Part shown: positions 30,108-39,964 of the stretch, piece after piece | How the letters are laid out: every line of letters begins with the position of its first letter | Position numbering within the stretch: position 1 is the stretch's first letter | Sequence record: DRR723986_44686 | Direction: 5' to 3' (one strand) | DNA length: 56,885 nt | Made by a program: the position numbers and the translations under genes | The notes under the pieces: generated by a model | Seen by the model: only the letters and a program-made list of their open reading frames with translations | Told to the model about the DNA's origin: nothing | Databases searched by the model: none

Positions 30108-31574
30108 TCAGGAGTTACTCATTCGTTTGGTCACCAATCCTTTCAAAAACAAAAACTCACGCTTGAAAATCAGAATTGAAACCAGCACGAAAAAACCAAA
30201 GGTTCCAAGCTTGATAAGGATAGCGTTAATTACGGAAGTATTAGTAGAAAAGTAAAATCCCAGATAAGCTACAAGAAATAAAAGGACCATAAATCCAAAA
30301 GCCCTGGTAAAATCATAAGGTATAGGATATGATTTCTGAGAGAAATAAAACACAAAAACAGGTGTCAAAAACTGAGAAATACAAACGGCAAGAGCAGCGC
30401 CATAAACTCCATAATTAGGAATCAGGTAAATATTGAGCAAGATTAAAATGACTGAAGAAACTGAATATACAATCCCTAGGGGAGCCGTTTTTTTGCTAAT
30501 TGCTGAACCCAAATCCGCAATATTGGTAAGGCCTGCAAATAAGCTACTAAACACCAAAATACTGGCGATCGTCGCTGCTCCATAGTAAGCTGGGGTAGCA
30601 ATAATCATCAGTGCCTCCAGCGAAAACAAGGAAGCCATCAAGGTGATAGACCCTATGAATAGCAAGTAAGCCAGGAGTATTTTTCCATAGGTAGCCTTTG
30701 CATTATCCTGGTGAATGATGGAAAATGCAAAAGGAGACCAAGCTTGTTGAAAAGCATTGACCACGATACCACTGAATCCAGCAATAGCGAATGCTATTTG
30801 AAAAAGTCCCAAGTCTTCATCAGAAACTTTTCCATTTAGGAAAAAAATAGCTGAAAGATTAATAATCCAAATTGATAAACTCGCCGGAAGAAAAGGCAAG
30901 CTATACTTTATCATTTTTCCCAAAAGGCTAAAATCTGAAAGCTTTATTTGCTGTAGCCAACGTTTCAAATAGTATAATGACAAGGGAACCATTAGAAGGA
31001 AGGCTACCAGCCGGGCGATGAAAGCTCCTTTCAACCCTTGATTTAGCACTAGTACGAAGACCACATTTGCAATAATCAAAAATAAGGCTTGCAAAAAGGT
31101 CAGTAAAACCGTGCTCTTAGGTTTCTTTTCAAATCTTAATACTTTGGTAGCGACCACAGTGGCCACAGAAACAGGCAATGAAAAAGCTAGGACTTGAATG
31201 TATTGTATGGATTCGTCGGAATTGTAAGCAATAAACTGAGACCAAAAAGGAGCCGTAAAAAAGAAAAAAACAGCAAAAACTACTGATATCATCAAGTAAA
31301 ACCAAAACCAGGTACTAATGATCTTCTTTCTGTAGTCGACCTCCTCAGTATCATAGAACCAACGTGCTGTAGAATTATCTAGGCTTAGGATCAAAACCAA
31401 GGCAATCAGAGAGTAAGCATTATTTACCAATCCAAAAACCCCATAATCTTCAGGAGAATACACTCGTGTATAAAGAGGTGTAAGCACTACACCCATTACC
31501 CGGGTTGCAATTCCAGCAAGACCATAAATCATGCTGTCTGATGCCAAATTCTTGATGTTTTTGATGACCGTCAT
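30108..31574 (-). CDS. wzx: Oligosaccharide flippase (MOP family)
   Basis: 12-14 TM helices; PLYTR..PEDYG N-terminal motif; LIP.YG..GAA C-terminal motif. Confidence 0.9.
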   Translation of the reverse strand: MTVIKNIKNLASDSMIYGLAGIATRVMGVVLTPLYTRVYSPEDYGVFGLVNNAYSLIALVLILSLDNSTARWFYDTEEVDYRKKIISTWFWFYLMISVVFAVFFFFTAPFWSQFIAYNSDESIQYIQVLAFSLPVSVATVVATKVLRFEKKPKSTVLLTFLQALFLIIANVVFVLVLNQGLKGAFIARLVAFLLMVPLSLYYLKRWLQQIKLSDFSLLGKMIKYSLPFLPASLSIWIINLSAIFFLNGKVSDEDLGLFQIAFAIAGFSGIVVNAFQQAWSPFAFSIIHQDNAKATYGKILLAYLLFIGSITLMASLFSLEALMIIATPAYYGAATIASILVFSSLFAGLTNIADLGSAISKKTAPLGIVYSVSSVILILLNIYLIPNYGVYGAALAVCISQFLTPVFVFYFSQKSYPIPYDFTRAFGFMVLLFLVAYLGFYFSTNTSVINAILIKLGTFGFFVLVSILIFKREFLFLKGLVTKRMSNS

Positions 31575-32716
31575 CAGGCGATGTAGAGATCACGGTAATA
31601 GTCCCGGATCTGTTCTTCCTTGAAAAGTAAGCTGATTGTTGAGCGATTGCTTTCTACATCTTCAGGTGAAAGGGGATTCAGTAAATCATCCCTTGTCATT
31701 TGGTTGTAATCAAAAACTTTGATTTTGGAGTTTGTCAACTCTATATAAATAGGGTTTTCAGGGTTGAGGAATACTTTTACCCCCATAAAAATGAGTCCTA
31801 GAATATTACCAAAAGCCTGTTGTATTTTATGGTTGAAAATAGCTACTGATGCCTCAGCGAGCTTCTGGTAGTATTTTTCACGAGGGATAAAATCCTCAAG
31901 AGTTTCGAAATTATCTCCAAAATATTGCCTTCCTAGAGACTTTACAGCCGATATGAAGGTAGGGTTACCATAAGACAAGGGGCTAAAAATGGTTACCTCA
32001 TTTTCAGGCAAAAGATGGTGGATTTTATGGTACACATCCAAATGATTGTTTTCTGGGGAACCGGAATGGCCAACCATTATTTTTCTTCCTAAAACTGGTC
32101 TATTTTTCAAATATTCCTCCGAAAACATTTCCTGCAAGGAAAGAAAGGCGAATTTTATCCATTTCGCTTTTACACCTAAGACTGACTCTGCTTCCTCCAC
32201 ATCTTTTTCAAAAATCGATGCGACGAAATCAAAATTAGAAAATGACTTTTCGAAAGTATACTTATTAGGCTTCCCTATCGCCTGAAGTACTCTATGGTGA
32301 AATGATTGCTTCCACGCTTGGACGGTTTTCTCAGGGGGCAAAGCAGCCAGCGTAGTGCTGGTGTAAGCTTTAGTGAGAAAGCTGGGATGCTTATACAAAT
32401 CTCCACTCCAAATAATCCAAATCAATTTAGCCTGACTCAAATCTTGCTTTCGACCCATTAAAAAATGACCGATAAATGGGGTATGGTAATTTACAATGAC
32501 GCGTTTGAAAGAAGATAAATCCAATAATACCGGAGCTTTTATTAGATTTTTGCTTTCTATTATTGCTATATCAGAATTTGTAAATCTTGTTGGTTTGGTG
32601 ATATCATCTACAATTACCAAATATTTATTAAGGCCTGGGAACAAATTTTCCGATCGCTTAATAATCCATTCTGTATATGGAGAATCTGGTAGAAAGACGA
32701 GGTTTTCAATGCTCAT
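31574..32716 (-). CDS. wecF: GT56 TDP-Fuc4NAc transferase-like protein (WecF/RffT family)
   Basis: IW.GDLY, VGHSG.PENNH, PLSYG and IFNH..QQAFGN motifs; adjacent to wecE. Confidence 0.75.
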   Translation of the reverse strand: MSIENLVFLPDSPYTEWIIKRSENLFPGLNKYLVIVDDITKPTRFTNSDIAIIESKNLIKAPVLLDLSSFKRVIVNYHTPFIGHFLMGRKQDLSQAKLIWIIWSGDLYKHPSFLTKAYTSTTLAALPPEKTVQAWKQSFHHRVLQAIGKPNKYTFEKSFSNFDFVASIFEKDVEEAESVLGVKAKWIKFAFLSLQEMFSEEYLKNRPVLGRKIMVGHSGSPENNHLDVYHKIHHLLPENEVTIFSPLSYGNPTFISAVKSLGRQYFGDNFETLEDFIPREKYYQKLAEASVAIFNHKIQQAFGNILGLIFMGVKVFLNPENPIYIELTNSKIKVFDYNQMTRDDLLNPLSPEDVESNRSTISLLFKEEQIRDYYRDLYIA

Positions 32717-33863
32717 ATTCTGATACTATATCCAATAAAGTTTGGGAAATATGGTCTACCTGCGCTAAGGTCAATTCCATATAAAAAGGTAGACGAATGA
32801 GTCTTTGAGAAAATAAATCAGCAAAAGGCAGTTCTCTACCATCATGGCATTCATGGAAAAATTCGCTTTTATGCAAACTTAAGTAATGAAATACAGCCAA
32901 AATCCCTGACTCTTTAATCCTCTTTAATATGTAATCACGCTGAACTTCATCTCTAGCAACGAGATAATACATATGCCCATTATTCTCAGCATAGCTAGGA
33001 ATAGTTGGGGTTTTTATTCCAGAAGAATCTAGTTTACCTTTAAAATTTGAATCGTATTGATTCCAAATTTGAACGCGTTTATGCTGAATTTCTGCCACAT
33101 GCTCTAGTTGTGCCCAAAGGAAAGCAGCTGTTATCTCAGAAGGCAAAAAGGAAGAACCAATATCCACCCATCCATATTTATTGATTTCTCCTCGGAAAAA
33201 AGAAGCTCTATTTGTCCCTTTTTCCCAGATAATTTCTGCGCGGCTAACAAATTGCTCGTCATTTATAGCAAGCAGTCCACCTTCCCCTGATGAGATGTTT
33301 TTTGTTTCATGAAAGGAAAACGTAGCTAAATGGCCTATAGAACCTAAGGGATATCTTTTCCCACTTTTGGAAGTGTAAAATGAATCTATGGCTTGAGCTG
33401 CATCCTCGATCACAAAGAGATTATGTGCCTCAGCTAGCTCCATGATCATATCCATATCACAGGCAACTCCGGCATAATGAACAGGGACAATAGCTTTAGT
33501 TTTGTCTGTGATTAGTGCTTTCAATGTACTTTCATCCATTCCTGGATGGTCAGTTCTACTGTCAGCAAATACAATTTTAGCTCCTCTGAGCACAAAGGCG
33601 TTTGCAGTAGAGACAAACGTATAACTCGGGATAATCACTTCATCACCAGGCTCAATTCCAATTAGAATAGCAGCCATCTCCAAAGCATCTGTGCAGGAGG
33701 TCGTCAGCAGTGTTTTCTTAATTTGGTATTTTTCTTCAAAAAAACTTTGGGCTAAACGAGTGTATTTCCCATTGCCAGAAAGTTTGCCTGACGCTACCGC
33801 ATCTTCAATATAGGCCAGTTCTAGCCCAGTTATATACGGTTTGTTGAAAGGAATCATATTCAA
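32706..33863 (-). CDS. rffA: dTDP-4-amino-4,6-dideoxygalactose transaminase (WecE)
   Basis: MIPFNKP, TTSCTDALEM, SFHETKN, EKGTNR, GSSFLPSE; probable true start is the ATG at 33857. Confidence 0.93.
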   Translation of the reverse strand: MNMIPFNKPYITGLELAYIEDAVASGKLSGNGKYTRLAQSFFEEKYQIKKTLLTTSCTDALEMAAILIGIEPGDEVIIPSYTFVSTANAFVLRGAKIVFADSRTDHPGMDESTLKALITDKTKAIVPVHYAGVACDMDMIMELAEAHNLFVIEDAAQAIDSFYTSKSGKRYPLGSIGHLATFSFHETKNISSGEGGLLAINDEQFVSRAEIIWEKGTNRASFFRGEINKYGWVDIGSSFLPSEITAAFLWAQLEHVAEIQHKRVQIWNQYDSNFKGKLDSSGIKTPTIPSYAENNGHMYYLVARDEVQRDYILKRIKESGILAVFHYLSLHKSEFFHECHDGRELPFADLFSQRLIRLPFYMELTLAQVDHISQTLLDIVSEYEH

Positions 33864-34045
33864 TTCGGAGTGAATTTAGCCTTCTCAGGAAGTAATAATT
33901 TGATAAAAGTTATTCCCGGTTCGGAATATCCAGTGAAGTTATGGTTTGCCACATGGGCAGAACCACTTGCTCCACTAATTATTCCATTAGAATCAGAGAC
34001 TGTAGTTAATCCCAGGTTTAACTTTTTGCATACGCTCTGATTCAT
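33860..34045 (-). CDS. 61-aa hypothetical ORF, possible gene remnant
   Basis: Exactly fills the gap; ATGA overlap with the wbpB stop; its stop lies 2 nt before the rffA ATG; no recognisable motif. Confidence 0.35.
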   Translation of the reverse strand: MNQSVCKKLNLGLTTVSDSNGIISGASGSAHVANHNFTGYSEPGITFIKLLLPEKAKFTPN

Positions 34046-35010
34046 TTTGACGAAAAAGGATGCTTGGTCAATTCACTCGCTGCCAAAGGATGATAATCAC
34101 CTTTCAGCCCAATTGGATCCATGTGTCTAATGTCGTGAACGATTTCAATACTTGGTCTTGCTTCTTCCAAACCAAATCCATTTCCATCTAAAATATGCTG
34201 GTAGCTATGGGTATGCAGTTCTGTAAATCCATCTGAAAATTCAATTTCATTACCTTCCATAGTCAAGGAGCGATAAGTTCTACCACCTCTTGCCTTCACA
34301 GCTTCTGGTAAAGTGTCTGCATTAATACTTAGGAACCAACGCACGCGAGCTTTTTCAAGCTCAAAATACCCTGAGGCACGATCATGGGTGTGGATATGTA
34401 CTACATTTTTTTTCACTTTCCCAAATACCCAGGTGAGCATATCGTAAAAATGAACGCCAATATTAGTAGCTATGCCCCCAGATTTACTTATGTCACCCTT
34501 CCAAGAAGTATAATACCAATGGCCTCTGGAAGTAATGTACGCAAGATCAATATCATAAATCTTATCCTTAAGTCCCTCTTCTACTTTTTTCTTTAACGCG
34601 ATTATTGAAGGGTGTAATCTTAGTTGAAGGATATTGTAGACTTTAGTACCATGCTCCTCTTCTACCCTGGACAGTGCTTCTATATTCCAAGGGTTAAGAA
34701 CTAAAGGCTTTTCGCAAATAACATTTGCTCCCACTCGCAATCCAAAACGAATATGAGAATCGTGAAGGTAATTTGGCGAGCAGATACTCACAAAATCTAT
34801 ATTCTTTTCTGTTCGCTTTAATTTTTCAACATGACGGTCAAACCTCTCAAATTCTGTGAAAAAATCTGCGTCTGGAAAATGGCTGTCCATTACTCCTACG
34901 CTGTCAAACTTGTCATACGCAGCCAAAAGTACGTTTCCTGTATCTTTTATGGCTTTCATATGCCGTGGAGCTATGTATCCTGCTGCTCCTATCAATGCAA
35001 AATTATTCAT
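34042..35010 (-). CDS. wbpB: UDP-GlcNAcA 3-dehydrogenase (Gfo/Idh/MocA family, WbpB/WlbA)
   Basis: GAAGYIAPRH, CSPNYLH, CEKP, SGGIATNIGVHFYD. Confidence 0.92.
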   Translation of the reverse strand: MNNFALIGAAGYIAPRHMKAIKDTGNVLLAAYDKFDSVGVMDSHFPDADFFTEFERFDRHVEKLKRTEKNIDFVSICSPNYLHDSHIRFGLRVGANVICEKPLVLNPWNIEALSRVEEEHGTKVYNILQLRLHPSIIALKKKVEEGLKDKIYDIDLAYITSRGHWYYTSWKGDISKSGGIATNIGVHFYDMLTWVFGKVKKNVVHIHTHDRASGYFELEKARVRWFLSINADTLPEAVKARGGRTYRSLTMEGNEIEFSDGFTELHTHSYQHILDGNGFGLEEARPSIEIVHDIRHMDPIGLKGDYHPLAASELTKHPFSSK

Positions 35011-35012
35011 AG

Positions 35013-35585
35013 TTACTGTTTTGTTACTTTGTTATTTTGAAGCAAATAGCGATCTCCTGTCTCTTCACATACAGCTTCACCTTGTGCATTAAATAGTAAT
35101 TTGGACCCAAATTCACTCATCCAACCTATTTGTTTTGCTGGATTACCTACCACTAATGCAAAATCAGGCACATTCTTGGTGATTACCGAACCCGCTCCTA
35201 TAAAGGCAAAAGACCCAATATTATGTCCGCAGACGATAGTAGCATTCGCTCCTATACTTGCGCCTTTCCCCACATGGGTTTTTGCATATTCAGACTTTCT
35301 GTTCACTGCACTTCTCGGATTGATCACATTGGTAAAAACCATTGAAGGACCTAGAAATACATCGTCGTCACAGGTGACACCTGTATAAACAGACACATTG
35401 TTTTGGATCTTTACGTTATTTCCCAAAACTACGCCTGGCGATACCACTACATTCTGACCAATGTTGCATCGTTCGCCTATTTTACAATTTGGCATCACAT
35501 GAGAAAAATGCCAAATTTTCGTACCAGCTCCGATTTCGCATCCTTCATCTATGTAGGCACTTTCATGTGCGAAGTAATCTTTCAT
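35013..35585 (-). CDS. wbpD: UDP-GlcNAc3NA N-acetyltransferase (hexapeptide repeat, WbpD/WlbB)
   Basis: [35 protein letters not shown]. Confidence 0.92.
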   Translation of the reverse strand: MKDYFAHESAYIDEGCEIGAGTKIWHFSHVMPNCKIGERCNIGQNVVVSPGVVLGNNVKIQNNVSVYTGVTCDDDVFLGPSMVFTNVINPRSAVNRKSEYAKTHVGKGASIGANATIVCGHNIGSFAFIGAGSVITKNVPDFALVVGNPAKQIGWMSEFGSKLLFNAQGEAVCEETGDRYLLQNNKVTKQ

Positions 35586-35671
35586 TTAATACTTATTTTA
35601 TGGGTAAGAGAACCTTCAAAGAAATCGATCAATCGGAATATCTACTGATTCGATTAAAGGTGTCTTCATAA

Positions 35672-36799
35672 CTATTTAAAAAAGGAATTTATGGATTCTA
35701 TAATATACTCCTGATCTTCAACCTTCATCTCTGTATGGATGGGCAGGGAAAGTACCTTTTCGCATAGCGCTTCTGCTACGGGAAAATCTCCTTTTTCATA
35801 TCCCAAATTCAAATATGCTTCCTGCTGGTGCAAGGGAAGCGGATAGTAAACCATGGAAGGGACTCCCTTTTCGGCTAAATAGCTTTTCAATTCATCTCTG
35901 CTCACTCCTTCTACTTGTATGGTATACTGATGGAAAGCATGCGTGGAATTCACTGCTCTTTTAGGAATCCTTATATGAGGATGGTCTGTAAATGCACTGT
36001 CATATCGAGCTGCAACTTCATTTCTGGAGTCAGAATATCGATCCAAGTGTTGCAGTTTTACATTTAAAATAGCCGCCTGCAGGGTATCCAATCTAGAATT
36101 TACGCCTACTATGTGATGGTGGTACTTTTTCTGCTGCCCATGATTAGCGATCATTCTCAGCTTCTCAGCCAATTTCCCGTCATTGGTAAACATTGCTCCG
36201 CCGTCTCCATAGCATCCCAAGTTTTTAGATGGAAAAAATGAAGTCGTGCCTACATCTCCCATCGTACCAGCCTGTTTTACTGTTCCATCTGAGAAGCTGT
36301 AATTGGCTCCGATGGCCTGCGCAGTATCTTCAATGACTTTGATATTATGCTTTTTGGCTACAGCCAAAATAGCTTCCATGTTGGAGCATTGACCATATAG
36401 GTGAACTGGGACTATCCCGGCAGTTTTCGAAGTTATTTTTGATTCCAGTTGAGTAATATCAAGTTCAAAAGTGGAATCAATCACATCAATGAATACAGGT
36501 ACTAAACCTAGTAAAGCAATCACTTCCGCCGTTGCTACGTAGGTAAATGCAGGAACGATTACCTCTTGCCCTGGCTGGAAACCAAGACCCATCATTGCTA
36601 TTTGCAGGGCATCTGTACCATTGCCACAAGTGACTACATACTTAGCACCGGTATAACTGGCTAAGGCATCTGAAAACTCTTTTACCTTTGGGCCATTTAT
36701 AAAGGAGGTAGTATCAATTACACCTTGAATAGCCTGATCCACTTCAGTCTTGATTGCCTCGTATTGAGACTTCAAGTCTACCATTTGAATAGAACGCAT
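35672..36799 (-). CDS. wbpE: DegT/DnrJ aminotransferase (WbpE/WlbC)
   Basis: NGTDAL, EDTAQAIGA, SFFPSKNLGCYGDGG, NSRLD; clustered with wbpB and wbpD. Confidence 0.88.
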   Translation of the reverse strand: MRSIQMVDLKSQYEAIKTEVDQAIQGVIDTTSFINGPKVKEFSDALASYTGAKYVVTCGNGTDALQIAMMGLGFQPGQEVIVPAFTYVATAEVIALLGLVPVFIDVIDSTFELDITQLESKITSKTAGIVPVHLYGQCSNMEAILAVAKKHNIKVIEDTAQAIGANYSFSDGTVKQAGTMGDVGTTSFFPSKNLGCYGDGGAMFTNDGKLAEKLRMIANHGQQKKYHHHIVGVNSRLDTLQAAILNVKLQHLDRYSDSRNEVAARYDSAFTDHPHIRIPKRAVNSTHAFHQYTIQVEGVSRDELKSYLAEKGVPSMVYYPLPLHQQEAYLNLGYEKGDFPVAEALCEKVLSLPIHTEMKVEDQEYIIESINSFFK

Positions 36800-36805
36800 A
36801 CTTAT

Positions 36806-37903
36806 TTACTGACTAATTTGGGGAAGAAGGACTCGATATATGGCATATAAAACACCCACCAAAAACCCAAGGAACATACTAAATACAATAATCAAGGGCT
36901 TATTTGGTTTACTAGGTCCTAAAGGGACGCTTGCCTTTTCCATTATTGTAAAGACTGGAGTTTCTCTTTTGAGCTGGATTGTCGATTGCTCAAGCTCTTG
37001 CTTCAGGGTGTTGTAAATATTAAAAGTAAGGTTGAACTCCAGCTGCAATTGCTCTTCTTTTGTCATTGCTCGTCTAGAAATCATTCCTTGATTTGAGTCT
37101 CTATAGGATGCTAGTTTTAATTGTGCCTCTTGGAATTTAACCTGTGCTTCATCTACTCGATCCTCAACGAATTCTAAGTTTATTTTTTGCTTTACCGTTT
37201 TATAATTGGTCACATACTCAATAAGCCGCTCCAGCACCAGTGCATTTACCTCTGCTGAAATTAGAGGCTCAGGCATTGATACATCTAACTGGATCAGTTT
37301 AATCTCATTTTCTATAGTAATTCTTTCTTTCAACTGCTTCAAAACATAATTTTCCTGTGATGTCACAGAAACATAGCCTAGTTCCACAGCTTCAGAATCA
37401 GTAGTAATTGGGCTAGCTCGGCTTATTTCATTAGATGAAAAAAGACCAATTATTCTTGCTGGAATGCTGAATACAAAATCAATCGTTTTTTTAACAATAT
37501 TTCCTGGCCTTTCTCCAGCATAATATTCCTCCAAAGTCATTTCCTTGCCTTTAGTTTGAAAGAAAAATTTCTCCTTCATGATACTTAGCAGAAAATCCCT
37601 ACTATGGATGACATCAGGGAATAATTCGGAACTCAACATCGTTTGGTCTCCTTGCATTTGAGGAAGTGAAATTCCTGCAAGACCTGCCAGAGCCCCCATT
37701 TGCCCAAATTGTCCTGAATTTTCATTTTCCTCAAGAATCACGAGGGACGAGGAAGTGAATTCTTTTGGACTAGTCGTAGCTATGAGCAAACCTAAGATTA
37801 GTCCTGCCAAGGTGAATACAAGTAATCTCTTTTTGAAAGAGAGTATTTTTTGGATTAACTCAATATAATTCAGTTCCACTTTTGACTGCTCATTTGTAGA
37901 CAT
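36806..37903 (-). CDS. wzz: Chain-length determinant (PCP-1, Wzz family)
   Basis: Two TM helices; LAGLAGI motif; coiled coil; proline-rich PSKPNK before TM2; no kinase domain. Confidence 0.85.
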   Translation of the reverse strand: MSTNEQSKVELNYIELIQKILSFKKRLLVFTLAGLILGLLIATTSPKEFTSSSLVILEENENSGQFGQMGALAGLAGISLPQMQGDQTMLSSELFPDVIHSRDFLLSIMKEKFFFQTKGKEMTLEEYYAGERPGNIVKKTIDFVFSIPARIIGLFSSNEISRASPITTDSEAVELGYVSVTSQENYVLKQLKERITIENEIKLIQLDVSMPEPLISAEVNALVLERLIEYVTNYKTVKQKINLEFVEDRVDEAQVKFQEAQLKLASYRDSNQGMISRRAMTKEEQLQLEFNLTFNIYNTLKQELEQSTIQLKRETPVFTIMEKASVPLGPSKPNKPLIIVFSMFLGFLVGVLYAIYRVLLPQISQ

Positions 37904-37946
37904 TAGAAACTTCTATTGGTAAAAATTAAATTTAAAATTACTAAAA

Positions 37947-38561
37947 TCATGATGATAATGGTTGTGCAGGAATCCCAACAAGCACAGAAGACTTCAAAAG
38001 TGTTTTGGTGACAACAGCTCCAGCTCCTACTATCATTTCATCACCTAGCTCAACTCCTGGAAGTATTACGGCTCCGGCACCTATCCTACACCTTTTGCCA
38101 ATTTTGGATGCACCCAAAAGCATAGCACCCGGTCCTATTTCGCTAAAATCACCCACAGAACATTGATGATGTACATTCGCTCGGGTATTAATCAAAACGC
38201 CCTTTCCAATGGTAGTCTCAGGACCGATAAAACTAAAAGGCATAGCATCAAAACTTGTGGAATCTCCAGATTCATTAGTAATTACGTTTTGGATTCCCAA
38301 AGCGCTACCACCTAGTGAAGTTAATAGTAGAAATAATTTTTCTCTATGAACTGGATTTCCGACTCCCAGCACAAATCTAGGATCTTCACTTAAGCTTTGT
38401 TCTAATTCAACCAGATTAAAAATCCCCTGACTTGGTAGTTCGCTATTTTCAAACTTGCTGGCGTCTTGATCAAAAAATATGATCTCAGCAGCAGGCATGC
38501 CGCTATTAATCAGCACATGATGTACTTCCAAACCATGTCCACCTGCTCCAGCAATTATCAT
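37947..38561 (-). CDS. Sugar N-acetyltransferase, PglD/NeuD family
   Basis: GAGGHG, GVGNP..R, INT..NVHH, hexapeptide repeats, GIPA. Confidence 0.85.
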   Translation of the reverse strand: MIIAGAGGHGLEVHHVLINSGMPAAEIIFFDQDASKFENSELPSQGIFNLVELEQSLSEDPRFVLGVGNPVHREKLFLLLTSLGGSALGIQNVITNESGDSTSFDAMPFSFIGPETTIGKGVLINTRANVHHQCSVGDFSEIGPGAMLLGASKIGKRCRIGAGAVILPGVELGDEMIVGAGAVVTKTLLKSSVLVGIPAQPLSS

Positions 38562-38588
38562 TTTCTATTATTCCTTAAAACATAGCAA

Positions 38589-38614
38589 TGCCCTTGAGTA
38601 TAAACCCAAGGGCA
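38589..38614 (-). terminator. Stem-loop after ugd (weak terminator or mRNA stabiliser)
   Basis: Minus strand TGCCCTTGGGT-TTAT-ACTCAAGGGCA: 11-bp stem with one G-U, followed by a broken U-tract. Confidence 0.55.
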
Positions 38615-38621
38615 AAAAGTA

Positions 38622-39941
38622 CTACTTAGAACCAATCCCGTAAGTATCAAAACCAAGGGTTCCCAAATATTTCTTATCGTAAATATTTCGGCCATCGAAT
38701 ATCACTTTGTTCTTCAATAGTCTGCCGACCACATCCCAACTAGGAATACGGAATTCCGACCATTCAGTAACCAAAAGGAGTGCATCAGCATCCACCAAAG
38801 CTTCATAAGCATCTTTACAATAGGTCACCTTGTCAAAGATGTAATGTTCCTTAGCTTCCTCCATTGCGATAGGATCGTAAGCTTTCACCGTAGCTCCCGC
38901 TGCTCTCAACTCATCGATGATCACTCCAGCAGGCGCTTCACGCATATCATCTGTATTTGGCTTGAAGCTTAGTCCCCACATCGCAAAGGTCATTCCTGAT
39001 AAATCCTCTCCGAAGTGAGCTTTTACTTTTTTGGAAAGCACATATTTCTGATCGTCGTTTACATCCTCCACAGCTTGGAGAACTCTCAGGTCATAGCCAT
39101 ACTGCTTAGCTGTTTTGATGATCGCTTTTACATCCTTTGGAAAGCAAGACCCACCGTATCCCACTCCTGGGTAGATGAATTTGTTGCCTATTCTTGGGTC
39201 AGATCCAATTCCCTTTCTCACCATGTTGGCATCGGCTCCAACCAATTCACATAGGTTGGCTATATCATTCATAAAGGAAATTTTGGTAGCCAGCATGGCG
39301 TTGGCAGCATACTTGGTCATTTCAGCAGAAGGAATATCCATGTAAATAATTCGCTCTCCGCTGAGTTGGAATGGCTTGTATAGACGCTTCATAATCTCTT
39401 CAGCTCTTTCGTCATCCACTCCAATTACAATTCTATCCGGCTTCAGAAAGTCTTCCACTGCAGCTCCTTCCTTCAGGAATTCAGGATTGGAAGCTACTGC
39501 AAAAGGAAGATCAGAAGATCTCTTATCTAGCGCTGCTTTAATCGCTGCACGAACTTTCTCACCGGTAGTTACCGGCACAGTGCTTTTGGTAGCCACTACA
39601 ATGTAATCACTCATTTTAGTACCAATCTCATCAGCCACAGCCAGTACGTATTTCAAATCCGCAGATCCATCCTCGCCAGGAGGTGTCCCTACAGCAATGA
39701 AAGCTACAGATGCACCTTGGATTGCCTCACCCAAATCTGTGCTAAATTTAAGCCTGCCACTCTTATAATTACGGACTACTACTTCTTCGAGACCGGGCTC
39801 ATAAATCGGCATAATGCCGTTTTTGAGGTTATCAATTTTCTTCTGATCGATATCGACACAGGTGACTTCAATCCCAACATCAGCAAAACATGCTCCTGAA
39901 ACCAAGCCTACATACCCGGTTCCTACTACTGCAATTTTCAT
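38622..39941 (-). CDS. ugd: UDP-glucose 6-dehydrogenase
   Basis: GTGYVG, KSTVP, SNPEFLKEG, GYGGSCFPKD, FKPNTDDMREAP, DGRN. Confidence 0.95.
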   Translation of the reverse strand: MKIAVVGTGYVGLVSGACFADVGIEVTCVDIDQKKIDNLKNGIMPIYEPGLEEVVVRNYKSGRLKFSTDLGEAIQGASVAFIAVGTPPGEDGSADLKYVLAVADEIGTKMSDYIVVATKSTVPVTTGEKVRAAIKAALDKRSSDLPFAVASNPEFLKEGAAVEDFLKPDRIVIGVDDERAEEIMKRLYKPFQLSGERIIYMDIPSAEMTKYAANAMLATKISFMNDIANLCELVGADANMVRKGIGSDPRIGNKFIYPGVGYGGSCFPKDVKAIIKTAKQYGYDLRVLQAVEDVNDDQKYVLSKKVKAHFGEDLSGMTFAMWGLSFKPNTDDMREAPAGVIIDELRAAGATVKAYDPIAMEEAKEHYIFDKVTYCKDAYEALVDADALLLVTEWSEFRIPSWDVVGRLLKNKVIFDGRNIYDKKYLGTLGFDTYGIGSK

Positions 39942-39964
39942 ATATGTTAATAAGTTTTAACTAA

